From: Candidatus Eiseniibacteriota bacterium
Lineage (GTDB): Bacteria > Eisenbacteria > RBG-16-71-46
Direction of reading: 5' to 3'
Assembly: GCA_963725865.1 (NCBI GenBank)
Contig: CAVSAC010000010.1
Coordinates: forward strand, 448,001-512,000
Length of the DNA: 64,000 nucleotides
Positions 1 through 8,789 of the stretch are shown piece after piece. Below the pieces are notes generated by a model that ran no database searches, was not told where the DNA came from, and was given only the letters and a program-made list of their open reading frames with translations. The position numbers and the translations under genes were made by a program. Position 1 is the stretch's first letter. Each line of letters begins with the position of its first letter.

Positions 1-86
1 GCATGATCGGCTTCGCCGCGGTCGGCGCCCTGTTGATGGGCGTGCTGTGGAACGCGCGCCCCAAGCCGGGCGCGACCGCGCACTGA
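1..86 (+). CDS. 3' end of a membrane protein, probably an MFS transporter (partial, truncated by window edge)
   Basis: Frame from 3 reads MIGFAAVGALLMGVLWNARPKPGATAH* (TGA 84-86): a final hydrophobic helix plus short polar tail. Confidence 0.45.
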   Translation, partial: MIGFAAVGALLMGVLWNARPKPGATAH

Positions 87-174
87 GAGCACGGCGCGGC
101 GCCGCGCACGACGGGACCGGCTGGCGGACGCAGGCGCCCCGCATCGCGGCGCACACGGCGTTCACCCGCGCGTG

Positions 175-528
175 CTACCGCAGCCGCACGATGTGTCGTA
201 CCCGCGCGGGCTCGCCCGCGACGTCGAGCCGCGCGAGGTAGACCCCGGGCGGCACCGCGAAGCCGCGTGCGTCGCGACCGTCCCACGCCACGTGGTGCGC
301 TCCGGCGCGGAGCGGTGCGTCGAGCACGTCGCGCACGCGGCGCCCCGCGAGGTCGAACAGCGCGATCCGCGTGCGCGCGGCGCGCGGCAGCGCGAACGCG
401 ATCTCGGTGCTGGCGCGGAACGGATTCGGGGCCGCCGGCTCCAGGCGCGCGTGCGCGCCGCTGGTCGCCGGCTCCGTGATCGCGGCGGACGTCCAGCGCG
501 CGATTCCGTACGAGGCGACGCCGGCCAC
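175..528 (-). CDS. FlgD-like Ig / T9SS-type C-terminal sorting domain; short, no signal peptide, possibly a gene remnant
   Basis: PNPFRAST.I.F.L...RIALFDLAGRRVR...G.H.V.WDGRD..G..VPPGVY pattern. Confidence 0.6.
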   Translation of the reverse strand: MAGVASYGIARWTSAAITEPATSGAHARLEPAAPNPFRASTEIAFALPRAARTRIALFDLAGRRVRDVLDAPLRAGAHHVAWDGRDARGFAVPPGVYLARLDVAGEPARVRHIVRLR

Positions 529-567
529 CGAGGAGAACCCGTGCGCCGCAGGGAGTGGATGCGGCGG

Positions 568-1710
568 CTAGGCGGCAGCCCGCTCGGCGGCCAGCTCGGC
601 GGTGCGGCGCTTCTCGGCGCGGGTCAGGAACCACACCGCGATGAGGATGAACACCACCGACGCCCAATCCTGGATCGACGGCCACTTGGTGTGGAAAAAC
701 AGCGCCAGCAGCAGCGTGGCGGTGATGCCGGCCACCAGCGAGGTGAGCCGGTTCACCAGCCCTGCGAACGTCGCGGTGCGCCCTTTGAACATGAAGATAA
801 ACACCGAGAAGAACGCCACGGCGCCGTACGGCACGCCCGACAGAACCGCCATCAGGTCGGGGTGCGCCATCGCGCCCGCGAACACGTGGATGCGCTCGTC
901 CTGCCAGCCGAACCAGCGGGGCGACATGAACACGAGCACGGCCACCAGGACCATCGTGAGCGAGGCGGAGATCTGCTCGTAGGCGAAGAAGCCCCGGTTG
1001 TCGAGCTCCACGCCCTTGGCGCGCGTGTTCTTGAAGAAGTTCATGATGTAGATGCGGATGGTGTAGGCGACGATGTACAGCCCCATGATCGTGAGCGCCG
1101 GCACCGAGTGGATGAAGTCGAACTGGTTCTTGCCGAGCGCGGATGCGAGGCCGAACGCCTGCGCCACGTGCACGCCGCGGGCCTCGAGCAGCCCGACGAA
1201 CGGCAGCAGCAGGACGTTCGTGGCCACCGCGAACAGCGCGAAGACCACGCCCCAGTTCTCCTCGGCGTACACGCGCTTCTTGAGGATGCCCTGGCGGATC
1301 TGCACCTCGTCGACGAGGCGGCTGATCACGATGATGCTGCCGCGCATGATCACCATCGCCACCATCACCGAGATCGGCAGCGTGTACATGAGCGTGGTGG
1401 TCGGGATCACCACCGCGGTACAGACCCCAGAGGGGATGATGTACAGCACCTCGGACGGGACCATGAACGGGCCGACCTTCATCAGCCGGTTCGATCGGAG
1501 GCGGATCCATCCCGCCAGGAACACCACGGCGAGTGCGAACGCGCTCCCGCCCAGGGTGTTGTTGAAGAGGTACGCCATCTCCGACATCGATGGGTGGCGC
1601 AGGCCGGTGAAGTACTTCACCAGCACGCCGGTCATGACGTAGAAGCCGAAGTAGCCCGCGCACAGCTGGATCAGCTGACTGGTGCTGCCGGAGGACTTGC
1701 TCGAGGTCAC
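568..1710 (-). CDS. Multi-pass membrane protein, DMT/nucleotide-sugar-transporter-like
   Basis: 380 aa with about 10 hydrophobic segments and strongly GC3-biased codons; GTGA overlap with the fdhD stop. Confidence 0.7.
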   Translation of the reverse strand: MTSSKSSGSTSQLIQLCAGYFGFYVMTGVLVKYFTGLRHPSMSEMAYLFNNTLGGSAFALAVVFLAGWIRLRSNRLMKVGPFMVPSEVLYIIPSGVCTAVVIPTTTLMYTLPISVMVAMVIMRGSIIVISRLVDEVQIRQGILKKRVYAEENWGVVFALFAVATNVLLLPFVGLLEARGVHVAQAFGLASALGKNQFDFIHSVPALTIMGLYIVAYTIRIYIMNFFKNTRAKGVELDNRGFFAYEQISASLTMVLVAVLVFMSPRWFGWQDERIHVFAGAMAHPDLMAVLSGVPYGAVAFFSVFIFMFKGRTATFAGLVNRLTSLVAGITATLLLALFFHTKWPSIQDWASVVFILIAVWFLTRAEKRRTAELAAERAAA

Positions 1711-2555
1711 GTAGCCCTTTCCTCAACCGCGCCGCTTCCGTTCGGCGCGAGGCGGTCACCGCCGCCGTACACGTTCATGCGTCCCTCCCGCAGGAAGCCC
1801 ACCAGCGTCATGCCGGCGGCCTCCGCGAGCTCGATGGCGAGCGAGGTCGGCGCGCCCACGGCGGCCAGCACCGGGATCCGCGCCCGCGCCGCCTTGAGCA
1901 CCAGCTCGGCGCCGGCACGCCCACTCACCCACAACAGGCCGGACCCGGCGGGATAGCGCCCGCGCGCGACCAGCGTTCCGCACACCTTGTCGACGGCGTT
2001 GTGCCGGCCGACGTCCTCGCGGACCACGTCGATGGCCAGGTCATCGGCACACAGCGCCGCGGCATGCAGCCCTCCCGTCGCGGCGAATCCCGCCTGCGCC
2101 TGGCGCAGCCGCGCGGGCAGCTCCGTCAACGCGACCGGGTCGATGCGGCCGGCCGCCGCCAGCGGGACCAGCCCCGCGCGCAGGGACTCGAGATGCGCCC
2201 GCCCGCACAGCCCGCACGCGGAGGTGGAGGCGAAGTGCCGCTCCAGCCGCGTCCAGTCGAACGCGACGCCGGGCGCCAGCGCGACCTCGACCGCGTCGGG
2301 CCGCTCGGCGCAGTCCGCGGCGATCTCGCGCAGCTCGCGCACGTCGTCGCGGCCGCGAATCACCCCTTCGGCGGCCAGGAAGCCCAGCGCCAGCTCGGCG
2401 TCGTGCCCGGGGGTGCGCAGCGTGACGGAGAGCGGACGGCCGTCGACTCGGAGCTCGAGCGCGCGCTCGACCGCGACCGCATCCTCGCCCCGCACGCGCT
2501 CGGACCCCTTCACTCGGGTGACCGGGCGCAGCGTCGCGAGCGGGGCGAGATTCAC
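1707..2555 (-). CDS. fdhD: Formate dehydrogenase accessory sulfurtransferase FdhD
   Basis: TLRTPGHDAELALGFL, SACGLCG, F.ATGGLHAA, REDVGRHNAVDK and SGR...ELVLKA motifs; GTG start at 2555 inferred. Confidence 0.93.
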   Translation of the reverse strand: MNLAPLATLRPVTRVKGSERVRGEDAVAVERALELRVDGRPLSVTLRTPGHDAELALGFLAAEGVIRGRDDVRELREIAADCAERPDAVEVALAPGVAFDWTRLERHFASTSACGLCGRAHLESLRAGLVPLAAAGRIDPVALTELPARLRQAQAGFAATGGLHAAALCADDLAIDVVREDVGRHNAVDKVCGTLVARGRYPAGSGLLWVSGRAGAELVLKAARARIPVLAAVGAPTSLAIELAEAAGMTLVGFLREGRMNVYGGGDRLAPNGSGAVEERAT

Positions 2556-2560
2556 GTCGC

Positions 2561-3361
2561 TCAGACCTTCGGGTGCCCGGTCCGGACCACGAACGACCCG
2601 TCGGGCATCGTCTCGAGCTGGTAGTCCGCGAACATCGCCGGCGCCTCTCGCTGCATCAGGTGCAGGATCGCCAGCGCCACCTTGCGGATCTCGACGTCCG
2701 CGAACTCCGAGCCGCGCATCTCGACGAAGTGGCGCAGCGCGCGCGCGTTGCCGGTGACGAAGATCTTGGTCTCGGTGGCGTTGGGCAGCACCGAGCGCGC
2801 GGCCTGCCGCGCCAGCTTGCGGCGCAGCGTGCGGTCGGGCTCGTCGACGTAGTGGCGCTCGAGCCCCGCGACCAGCCGGTCGTAGGCGGAACGCGCGGCG
2901 TTCACCGACTCGGTCCAGATCGCGTGCAGTTCGGGATCGCCGGCGATCGCGTCCGGCTCGATGTAGGGCGACTGCGATTCGTCGACGTAGCGCTGCGAGA
3001 GCTGCGAGTACGAGAAGTGGCGATGGCGGATCAGCTCGTGCGTGAACGAGCGCGAGACTCCGGTGATCAGGAACGACCACACGCCGTGTTCGAGCACCGA
3101 GCCGTGGCCGACCTCGACGAGATGGCCGATGAACTCGGCGTTCGTCTTGCGCCCCTTGCCGTACGACATGTAGCAGACGCGGCCGGCCATCTCGGCGAGC
3201 GCCTCGGCCCCGACCTCGGTGTCGGTCGTCCAGGACAGCTCGTGGTCGCCGAGGAAGCGGTCGATGGCGTTCGGGTCGAGCGTCTGGCGTCCCACCAGGT
3301 ACACGCTCGGCTCGTGGACGATGCGCAGGGCCTTCGAAGTCGTGCTCTCCACCGCTTCCAT
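2561..3361 (-). CDS. thyX: FAD-dependent thymidylate synthase
   Basis: GHGSVLEH, HELIRHRHFSYSQLSQRY (ThyX motif), ARSVLPNA, GNARALRHF..MR. Confidence 0.95.
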   Translation of the reverse strand: MEAVESTTSKALRIVHEPSVYLVGRQTLDPNAIDRFLGDHELSWTTDTEVGAEALAEMAGRVCYMSYGKGRKTNAEFIGHLVEVGHGSVLEHGVWSFLITGVSRSFTHELIRHRHFSYSQLSQRYVDESQSPYIEPDAIAGDPELHAIWTESVNAARSAYDRLVAGLERHYVDEPDRTLRRKLARQAARSVLPNATETKIFVTGNARALRHFVEMRGSEFADVEIRKVALAILHLMQREAPAMFADYQLETMPDGSFVVRTGHPKV

Positions 3362-3528
3362 GGGCGTGACTCCCCGGGTTCGCGCATGTCTCGGCACGCG
3401 CGGGTCAGGCAGCGACGGCCCGCCATCGCAGGCGGGCCGGGGCCCCGCGCCCGGGAGGGCGCGGGGCGTTTGGATCCGCGTGCACTGTACCACGCGCACC
3501 GGCCGCGCGGGCGGTCGGGCGGCCCGGT

Positions 3529-4710
3529 TCAGGCGCCGGCGTGCGCGCGCACCTGGTCGCGGACGCGCTGCATCACGCGCTCGATCTCGTCGTCGCGGGT
3601 GTAGAAGTGCGGCGCGAGCCTCAGTCCCACCCCCGGCCGCACGTCGAGGAGTACGTCCGCGGCGAGCAGCGCCTTGCACACGGGCTCGGCGTGCGGAACG
3701 TCGAGCACCACGGTGCCGCCGCGGCGCGCGTCCTCACGCGGCGAGCCGACGCGGAAGCCGTACTCGTCCGCCAGCGCCAGCATACGTGCGGTCTGCCGCA
3801 GCGACTTCGCGCGGATCGACTCGACGCCGATGCGCGCGACGATCGCGTAGCCGGGCTCGGCCGCCGCGAACGCCACCACCGCCGGGGTGCCGGTCCAGAA
3901 CCGCCGCGCGCCGTCGTCGCGGCGCGTGGGCCCCGGGTCGAAGTCGAACGGCCGGGCGTGGGCCATCCAGCCGGTGATCGCCGGCTCGAGGCCGGCGGCC
4001 ACGCGCGGGCTCACGTAGAGGTAGCCCGCGCCGGGTCCGCCGCACAGCCACTTCACCGAGCCGCCGGTCATCAGGTCGATGCCGGCCGCCCGCACGTCCA
4101 CCGGCAGAGTGCCGACCGACTGGTAGGCGTCGATCAGGGTGCGCGCGCCGCACGCGCGCGCTCGCGCGACGATCGGCGCCAGGTCGAGCACCTGGGCGGT
4201 GCGGAACAGCACGTGCGAGATCGCCACCACCGCGGTGCGCTCGTCGATCGCCGCGACCACGTCGGCCTCCTCGATCGCGTGCCCCGTCCGCGCGCGCACC
4301 CGCACGACCTCGGCACCGCGACGCACCAGCCCCTCGTACAGGTAGAGCACCGAGGGAAAGTCCTCGTCGGTGCACACCAGCCGGTTGCGCGGCGCGCGAA
4401 AGTCGATCGCCGAGAGCGCGAGCGCCTGTGCGTCGGTCACGTTCTGGTGCATCGAGACCGAGCCGGGCTCGGCGTTGACGATGGTGCCGAGCAGATCGCC
4501 GACGCGAGTCGGCAGCGCGAACCACTCCTCCTCCCACGCGCGGATGCCGCGCGACTTCCAGGCCAGCGCGTACCGCCGCAGCGCCTCCTCGACCCCGCGT
4601 GGCATCGCGCCCAGCGAGTGCGAGATGAAGTGCAGGGTCGATTCGACGGTCGGGAACTCGGTCCGCCATTCGAGCAGGCGGTCCTCGGTGGCGCGGGGCT
4701 CGGGGCTCAT
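3529..4710 (-). CDS. Kynureninase-like PLP-dependent enzyme (aminotransferase class V)
   Basis: SHSLGAMP, DAYQSVG, GGSVKWLCGGPGAG, PAITGW.AH, TGTP and RRGG motifs. Confidence 0.85.
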   Translation of the reverse strand: MSPEPRATEDRLLEWRTEFPTVESTLHFISHSLGAMPRGVEEALRRYALAWKSRGIRAWEEEWFALPTRVGDLLGTIVNAEPGSVSMHQNVTDAQALALSAIDFRAPRNRLVCTDEDFPSVLYLYEGLVRRGAEVVRVRARTGHAIEEADVVAAIDERTAVVAISHVLFRTAQVLDLAPIVARARACGARTLIDAYQSVGTLPVDVRAAGIDLMTGGSVKWLCGGPGAGYLYVSPRVAAGLEPAITGWMAHARPFDFDPGPTRRDDGARRFWTGTPAVVAFAAAEPGYAIVARIGVESIRAKSLRQTARMLALADEYGFRVGSPREDARRGGTVVLDVPHAEPVCKALLAADVLLDVRPGVGLRLAPHFYTRDDEIERVMQRVRDQVRAHAGA

Positions 4711-4735
4711 CGCTCGACCTCCCGATGGGTGCGGC

Positions 4736-5293
4736 TCAGCGGCGCACGCCGCTCGCGGCGCCCTCGAGCACCGCGCGCGCGCCCGCGGCCGCGGTGCGCG
4801 CGATGCGGACGTGTTCGAACATCTCCGGGTACACTAGCTGCGGATGGCGCTGGACGGCCAACCATGCCTCCCACGGCTCCCCGACCAGCACGAACGGGGC
4901 GGCGGGCCGCCCGCCCGCGGCGAGCAGGTTCCAGGTCAGGAACAGCTCGGCGAGCGTGCCCACGCTGCCGGGCAGCACCAGGAAACCGTCGGCGCGCGTG
5001 ACGATCGTGCGCAGGCGCTCGAACAGATCGGCGGTGTGCACGCGCTCGCGGACCCAGGCGTTGGCGGGGCCGCGGGCCTCGAACAGCTCGACCGTCACGC
5101 CCACCGTATGGCCGCCCGCCTCCGCCGCGCCGCGCGAGCAGGCCTCCATCACGCCCGAGTAGCCGCCGGTCATCACGTCGGCGCCGCCTGTCGCCAGCGC
5201 ACGCCCGAGCTCGAAGGCGAGCGTGTACACCGGCTCGCCCGGCTGGACGGTCGCGCTGCCGTACACCGCGATCAGGGGTCGTCGTGCGGACAT
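4736..5293 (-). CDS. LOG family protein (nucleotide phosphoribohydrolase-like)
   Basis: AVYGSA, TGGYSGVMEA.SRGA and LPGSVGTLAEL (PGGxGTxxE-like). Confidence 0.88.
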   Translation of the reverse strand: MSARRPLIAVYGSATVQPGEPVYTLAFELGRALATGGADVMTGGYSGVMEACSRGAAEAGGHTVGVTVELFEARGPANAWVRERVHTADLFERLRTIVTRADGFLVLPGSVGTLAELFLTWNLLAAGGRPAAPFVLVGEPWEAWLAVQRHPQLVYPEMFEHVRIARTAAAGARAVLEGAASGVRR

Positions 5294-5367
5294 CGGTCCT
5301 CCCTGCGAGGGGGTCGAGGGACGCAGTGTGCCACGGTGCCGGTCGCCGCCGCCAGCCGCGAGTCCGA

Positions 5368-5814
5368 TCAGCGCCGCTCGAACGGCAGCTCGCGCGCGCC
5401 GAGCAGGGCCAGCCACGCCGCGACCGCGGTCGCCCACACCACCGTGTCGCGCAGGTTCGCCGCCACCGACTGGAGCCCCGCCGCCGCGGCCGGATGCGTG
5501 ACCGCGCGATAGTCGAGCCCCAGCGCCACCACCGCCACCACCAACTCGACGCCGACCAGCAGCGGGACTCCCACCGCCAACGCACGCAGCCGTTCGCGCA
5601 TGCGCGCGCGCCCACTCGCCAGACAGAGGGCCGCGAACAGCCCGAGCTCGAACGGCATCGCGACCCCGAGACCGGTGACCCGGATCGGCATGCCGAGCAG
5701 CTGCAGGACGACGGTCGCCACCGCGCCGAGCGCGCGCTGGTACGGCAGCGCGACGAACCAGCACAGCACGGAGAGCAGCGTGGCCCAGCCGAGCAGGCGC
5801 AGGAACCAGCTCAT
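5368..5814 (-). CDS. Membrane protein, probable exosortase-associated protein
   Basis: 148 aa with about 4 TM segments; divergent from the exosortase gene; resembles the exosortase core without its catalytic residues. Confidence 0.6.
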   Translation of the reverse strand: MSWFLRLLGWATLLSVLCWFVALPYQRALGAVATVVLQLLGMPIRVTGLGVAMPFELGLFAALCLASGRARMRERLRALAVGVPLLVGVELVVAVVALGLDYRAVTHPAAAAGLQSVAANLRDTVVWATAVAAWLALLGARELPFERR

Positions 5815-6038
5815 CGCATCCCCCGGGCCGAATCGGCAGCGCGACGCAAGGGCGCGCGGCGCGCGCCGCCGCGCCGCGGCGTGCGCCCCGGGCGGCACGG
5901 CACGCGGGTGCGGTCACGCGCTGCCGAAACCCGCAGCCCGACTCCCGCCCCCGATCCAGAAAGGCCTCGCGCCTGGCTCCGCGGCCGCGGTAGCGTCGCG
6001 GGGCCACGAGTCGGATCCACCCGAGAGGACGAACGGAC

Positions 6039-6638
6039 ATGAGACCTGCGGGCCCCCGAGGTCGCGGACGCGAGCGGGCGGAGGCGCGCGGCGGCGCGGC
6101 CGCGCCCAACGCGGGCCGCCGCGGCGGGCCGTCGCGCGCGCTGGCCGCCTTCATGGTGCGCCTCGTCGTCGGGTTCGTGGCCTGCCTGTGGATCCATGCG
6201 CGGACGCCGCAGCTCGATCGGTGGGCGGTCGACGCCACGGTGGCCTCGATCACCGCCGTGTTCGGGATCTTCCGCGCGCCGCTGGTGCTGATGGGAAACA
6301 CGATCTCGATCGGAACCACGTCGCTGACCATCGTCCCCGACTGCACGCCGCTGATGCCGGCGCTGCTGGCAACGATCGCGATCCTCGCCTTCCCGGCGCC
6401 CTGGCCGGCCCGCCTCGGCGGCGTGGTGGGCGCCGCGATCGCGCTCTGGGGCTACAACCTGATCCGCATCGCGGTGCTGTTCGGCGTGATGATCCGCTGG
6501 CCCGGCGCATTCGGCTTCGTGCACGTCTACCTCTGGCAGACCGTCACCGTGGTGGTGGTCGTGGTGCTCTTCATGGCGTGGCTGCGGCTTTGCGAACGGA
6601 TCCTCCCGGCGGCCGGCCGGCTCCCCCGAGTCGCGTGA
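6039..6638 (+). CDS. xrtH: Exosortase H-like (exosortase/archaeosortase family); start uncertain
   Basis: Cys-Arg-His triad context IVPDCTPL...AILAFPAPW...NLIRI...FVHVYLWQ; adjacent to an IPTL-CTERM-like target. Confidence 0.8.
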   Translation: MRPAGPRGRGRERAEARGGAAAPNAGRRGGPSRALAAFMVRLVVGFVACLWIHARTPQLDRWAVDATVASITAVFGIFRAPLVLMGNTISIGTTSLTIVPDCTPLMPALLATIAILAFPAPWPARLGGVVGAAIALWGYNLIRIAVLFGVMIRWPGAFGFVHVYLWQTVTVVVVVVLFMAWLRLCERILPAAGRLPRVA

Positions 6639-6777
6639 GATCAAACCTCGCACGAATAGCGGACGATTGTCAGCGGAATGTCCGGTGGGAGCGACTAGGC
6701 TCCGCCCTCGTGCCGCGGCAAGGGCGACCATCGACCTGGACGCCCCGTCCATCGAGTTCAGCACAGAGGAGGCATGC

Positions 6778-7365
6778 ATGCGCACTCGTCTCGGACTCAT
6801 CGCGGTCGTCCTCGGGCTCCTCGCGGCCTCGACGGCGAGCGCGGGACACCATCTCTGGGACTTCACGGAGGCCTTCTCCAACGCGGACGGCTCGGTGCAG
6901 TTCGTCGAGCTCTTCACCGCGGCGGCGAGCGAGCAGGGAGTCGGCCCGTTCACGGTCACCTCGAACAGCAACACGTTCAACTTCGTGACCAACCTCCCCA
7001 GCTCGGCGACCGCCAACACGTGGATCCTGATCGCGACGTCGAACTTCGCGAGCAAGCCCGGCGCGGTCACGCCCGACTACATCATCCCCGCCAACTTCCT
7101 CTCGACCAGCGGCGGAACGCTCAACTACGCGAGCGGCGTGAAGATCTGGAGCCACGGCGCCCTGCCGACCGATGGTCTGCACTCCCTGCTCCGCAACGGC
7201 TCGACGGCCGTCAACTCGCCGACCAACTTCGCCGGTCAGGCCGGATCGGTGAACCTCGCGGCGTCGGTCCCGATGCTCCCGACCTGGGGCCTGATCCTGC
7301 TGGTCGGCGCGATCCTGTTCATGGCGAGCGGGCTGCTCCGCACGCGCGAGGCTCCCACCGCCTGA
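6778..7365 (+). CDS. Secreted protein with IPTL-CTERM-like sorting signal
   Basis: RBS GAGGAGG; signal peptide; C-terminal VPMLPTWG followed by a TM helix and basic residues (LLRTR). Confidence 0.85.
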   Translation: MRTRLGLIAVVLGLLAASTASAGHHLWDFTEAFSNADGSVQFVELFTAAASEQGVGPFTVTSNSNTFNFVTNLPSSATANTWILIATSNFASKPGAVTPDYIIPANFLSTSGGTLNYASGVKIWSHGALPTDGLHSLLRNGSTAVNSPTNFAGQAGSVNLAASVPMLPTWGLILLVGAILFMASGLLRTREAPTA

Positions 7366-7400
7366 CGGGCAGCCGGAGCGATTCGATCCCGGGTGGGCAC

Positions 7401-7429
7401 GGGGCGGGCGGAGTTCCTTCGCCCGCCCC
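7401..7429. terminator. Hairpin between convergent genes
   Basis: GGGGCGGGCG-N9-CGCCCGCCCC inverted repeat; no clear U-tract. Confidence 0.45.
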
Positions 7430-7441
7430 TTCCCGTGGCGC

Positions 7442-8590
7442 TCAGCGCCGCGAGAACAGCGAGAGCGTGAACGTGCGCTCCAGCACCCAGACCACCGCGA
7501 CCCACGCGATCCCGAGCGATCCGAGCCCCATCACGATGCGCGGATACCAACGCCGCCGCGAACCGGCATAGATCAGCGGCATGACGACCGCCACCACCCC
7601 GAGCTGGCCCACCTCGACCCCGATGTTGAACGCCGCGAGCGCCAGCGCGTGCGCGTTGCGAGGCAACGACAGGTTGTTCAACGCGCCGGCGAAACCCAGC
7701 CCGTGCACCAGCCCGAAGCCGAACGCCATCACCCACGCCCGCCCGGGCAGGAACGGGCGCAGGTTGTTCCACGCCGCCGCGAACACGGACAGCGCGATGC
7801 CGACCTCGACCCACTGTTCCCGGATGCGCACGAGCCCGAAGAACGAGAGGGCGAGCGTCAGGGAGTGCGCCACCGTGAACGCGGTGACGACCTTCAGGAC
7901 CTCCTGGGTCGACGGCCAGATTCCCGCCCGCGGCGTCCAGCCGCGTCCCGCGCGCAGCAGTGGCGCGGGCAGCAGCAGGGACGTCAGGAAGAGCATGTGG
8001 TCGAGGCCGCTCCAGATGTGCCCGATGCCGTCCCGGATGAACTCGAGCGTCACCTGCACGAGGTGGAACTGCTTCACCGCGAACGTGGCCGTGCGCTGGT
8101 CGGCGTGGAACGCGCCGACGCTGGTGACGCGCGCGTCCTCGACCGAGAAGTAGGCGCGGTGCGTGGGATCGCGGTCGAACAGCAGGTCGCAGTGCATGCG
8201 GAGCCGGGTCGGAGACTTCGCGCAATCGGCGACGAGGTGGAATCGCACCGAGCTGGTCGCCTCGTTCCACTCCATGGGAGCCGCGGTCAGCTCGAGCGGA
8301 CATGCCAGGCTGTCGGACTCGATCGTGAGCGAGCGTGCGAGCAGCGCGCGCAGCTCCGACTCGTGCGGCTGCAGATCGCGCCACCCCACCGTCCCGCCGA
8401 GCGACGTGTCGAGCCCGAGCGCGAGCCGCGCGTCGCGCAGGTGCAGGTCCCAATCGCCTTCCAGGTGCGCCCCTTCGACCCGCAGGCGCAGCTGGCTCAT
8501 CCCGACCCCGTGCGACGCGGCGGGTCCCGCCGCGCACGCCAGACCGACGAGGACCGCGAGTGCCGCCGACCATCCGAGGGGTTTCCGCAT
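7442..8590 (-). CDS. HupE/UreJ family protein with N-terminal periplasmic domain
   Basis: GIGHIWSGLDHMLFL, VTAFTVAHSLTL, FGFGLVHGLGFA and FNIGVEVGQL motifs; signal peptide followed by His. Confidence 0.9.
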   Translation of the reverse strand: MRKPLGWSAALAVLVGLACAAGPAASHGVGMSQLRLRVEGAHLEGDWDLHLRDARLALGLDTSLGGTVGWRDLQPHESELRALLARSLTIESDSLACPLELTAAPMEWNEATSSVRFHLVADCAKSPTRLRMHCDLLFDRDPTHRAYFSVEDARVTSVGAFHADQRTATFAVKQFHLVQVTLEFIRDGIGHIWSGLDHMLFLTSLLLPAPLLRAGRGWTPRAGIWPSTQEVLKVVTAFTVAHSLTLALSFFGLVRIREQWVEVGIALSVFAAAWNNLRPFLPGRAWVMAFGFGLVHGLGFAGALNNLSLPRNAHALALAAFNIGVEVGQLGVVAVVMPLIYAGSRRRWYPRIVMGLGSLGIAWVAVVWVLERTFTLSLFSRR

Positions 8591-8789
8591 GACGCAGCAT
8601 CGCATGCCCGGGAGCCCGGACGCATCGACATCGGTCGCCCCACCCGAACGCCGACCCGGAATCCGCCGCGGATTTTCGCATCACTAAACGGCGGGCCGGC
8701 CGGCGGGGCGAGGGCTGGCGGAGAGGCCGGCGGCGGGTGATGCTCGCCCCCACGCCGGCCCACCCCTCACGCGTCCCGAGGTGCTCGCC

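Noticed and set aside
6640..6777. Sigma54 promoter or PEP-CTERM enhancer upstream of the IPTL-like gene
   Set aside because: No TGGCAC-N5-TTGC match; only a weak imperfect palindrome.
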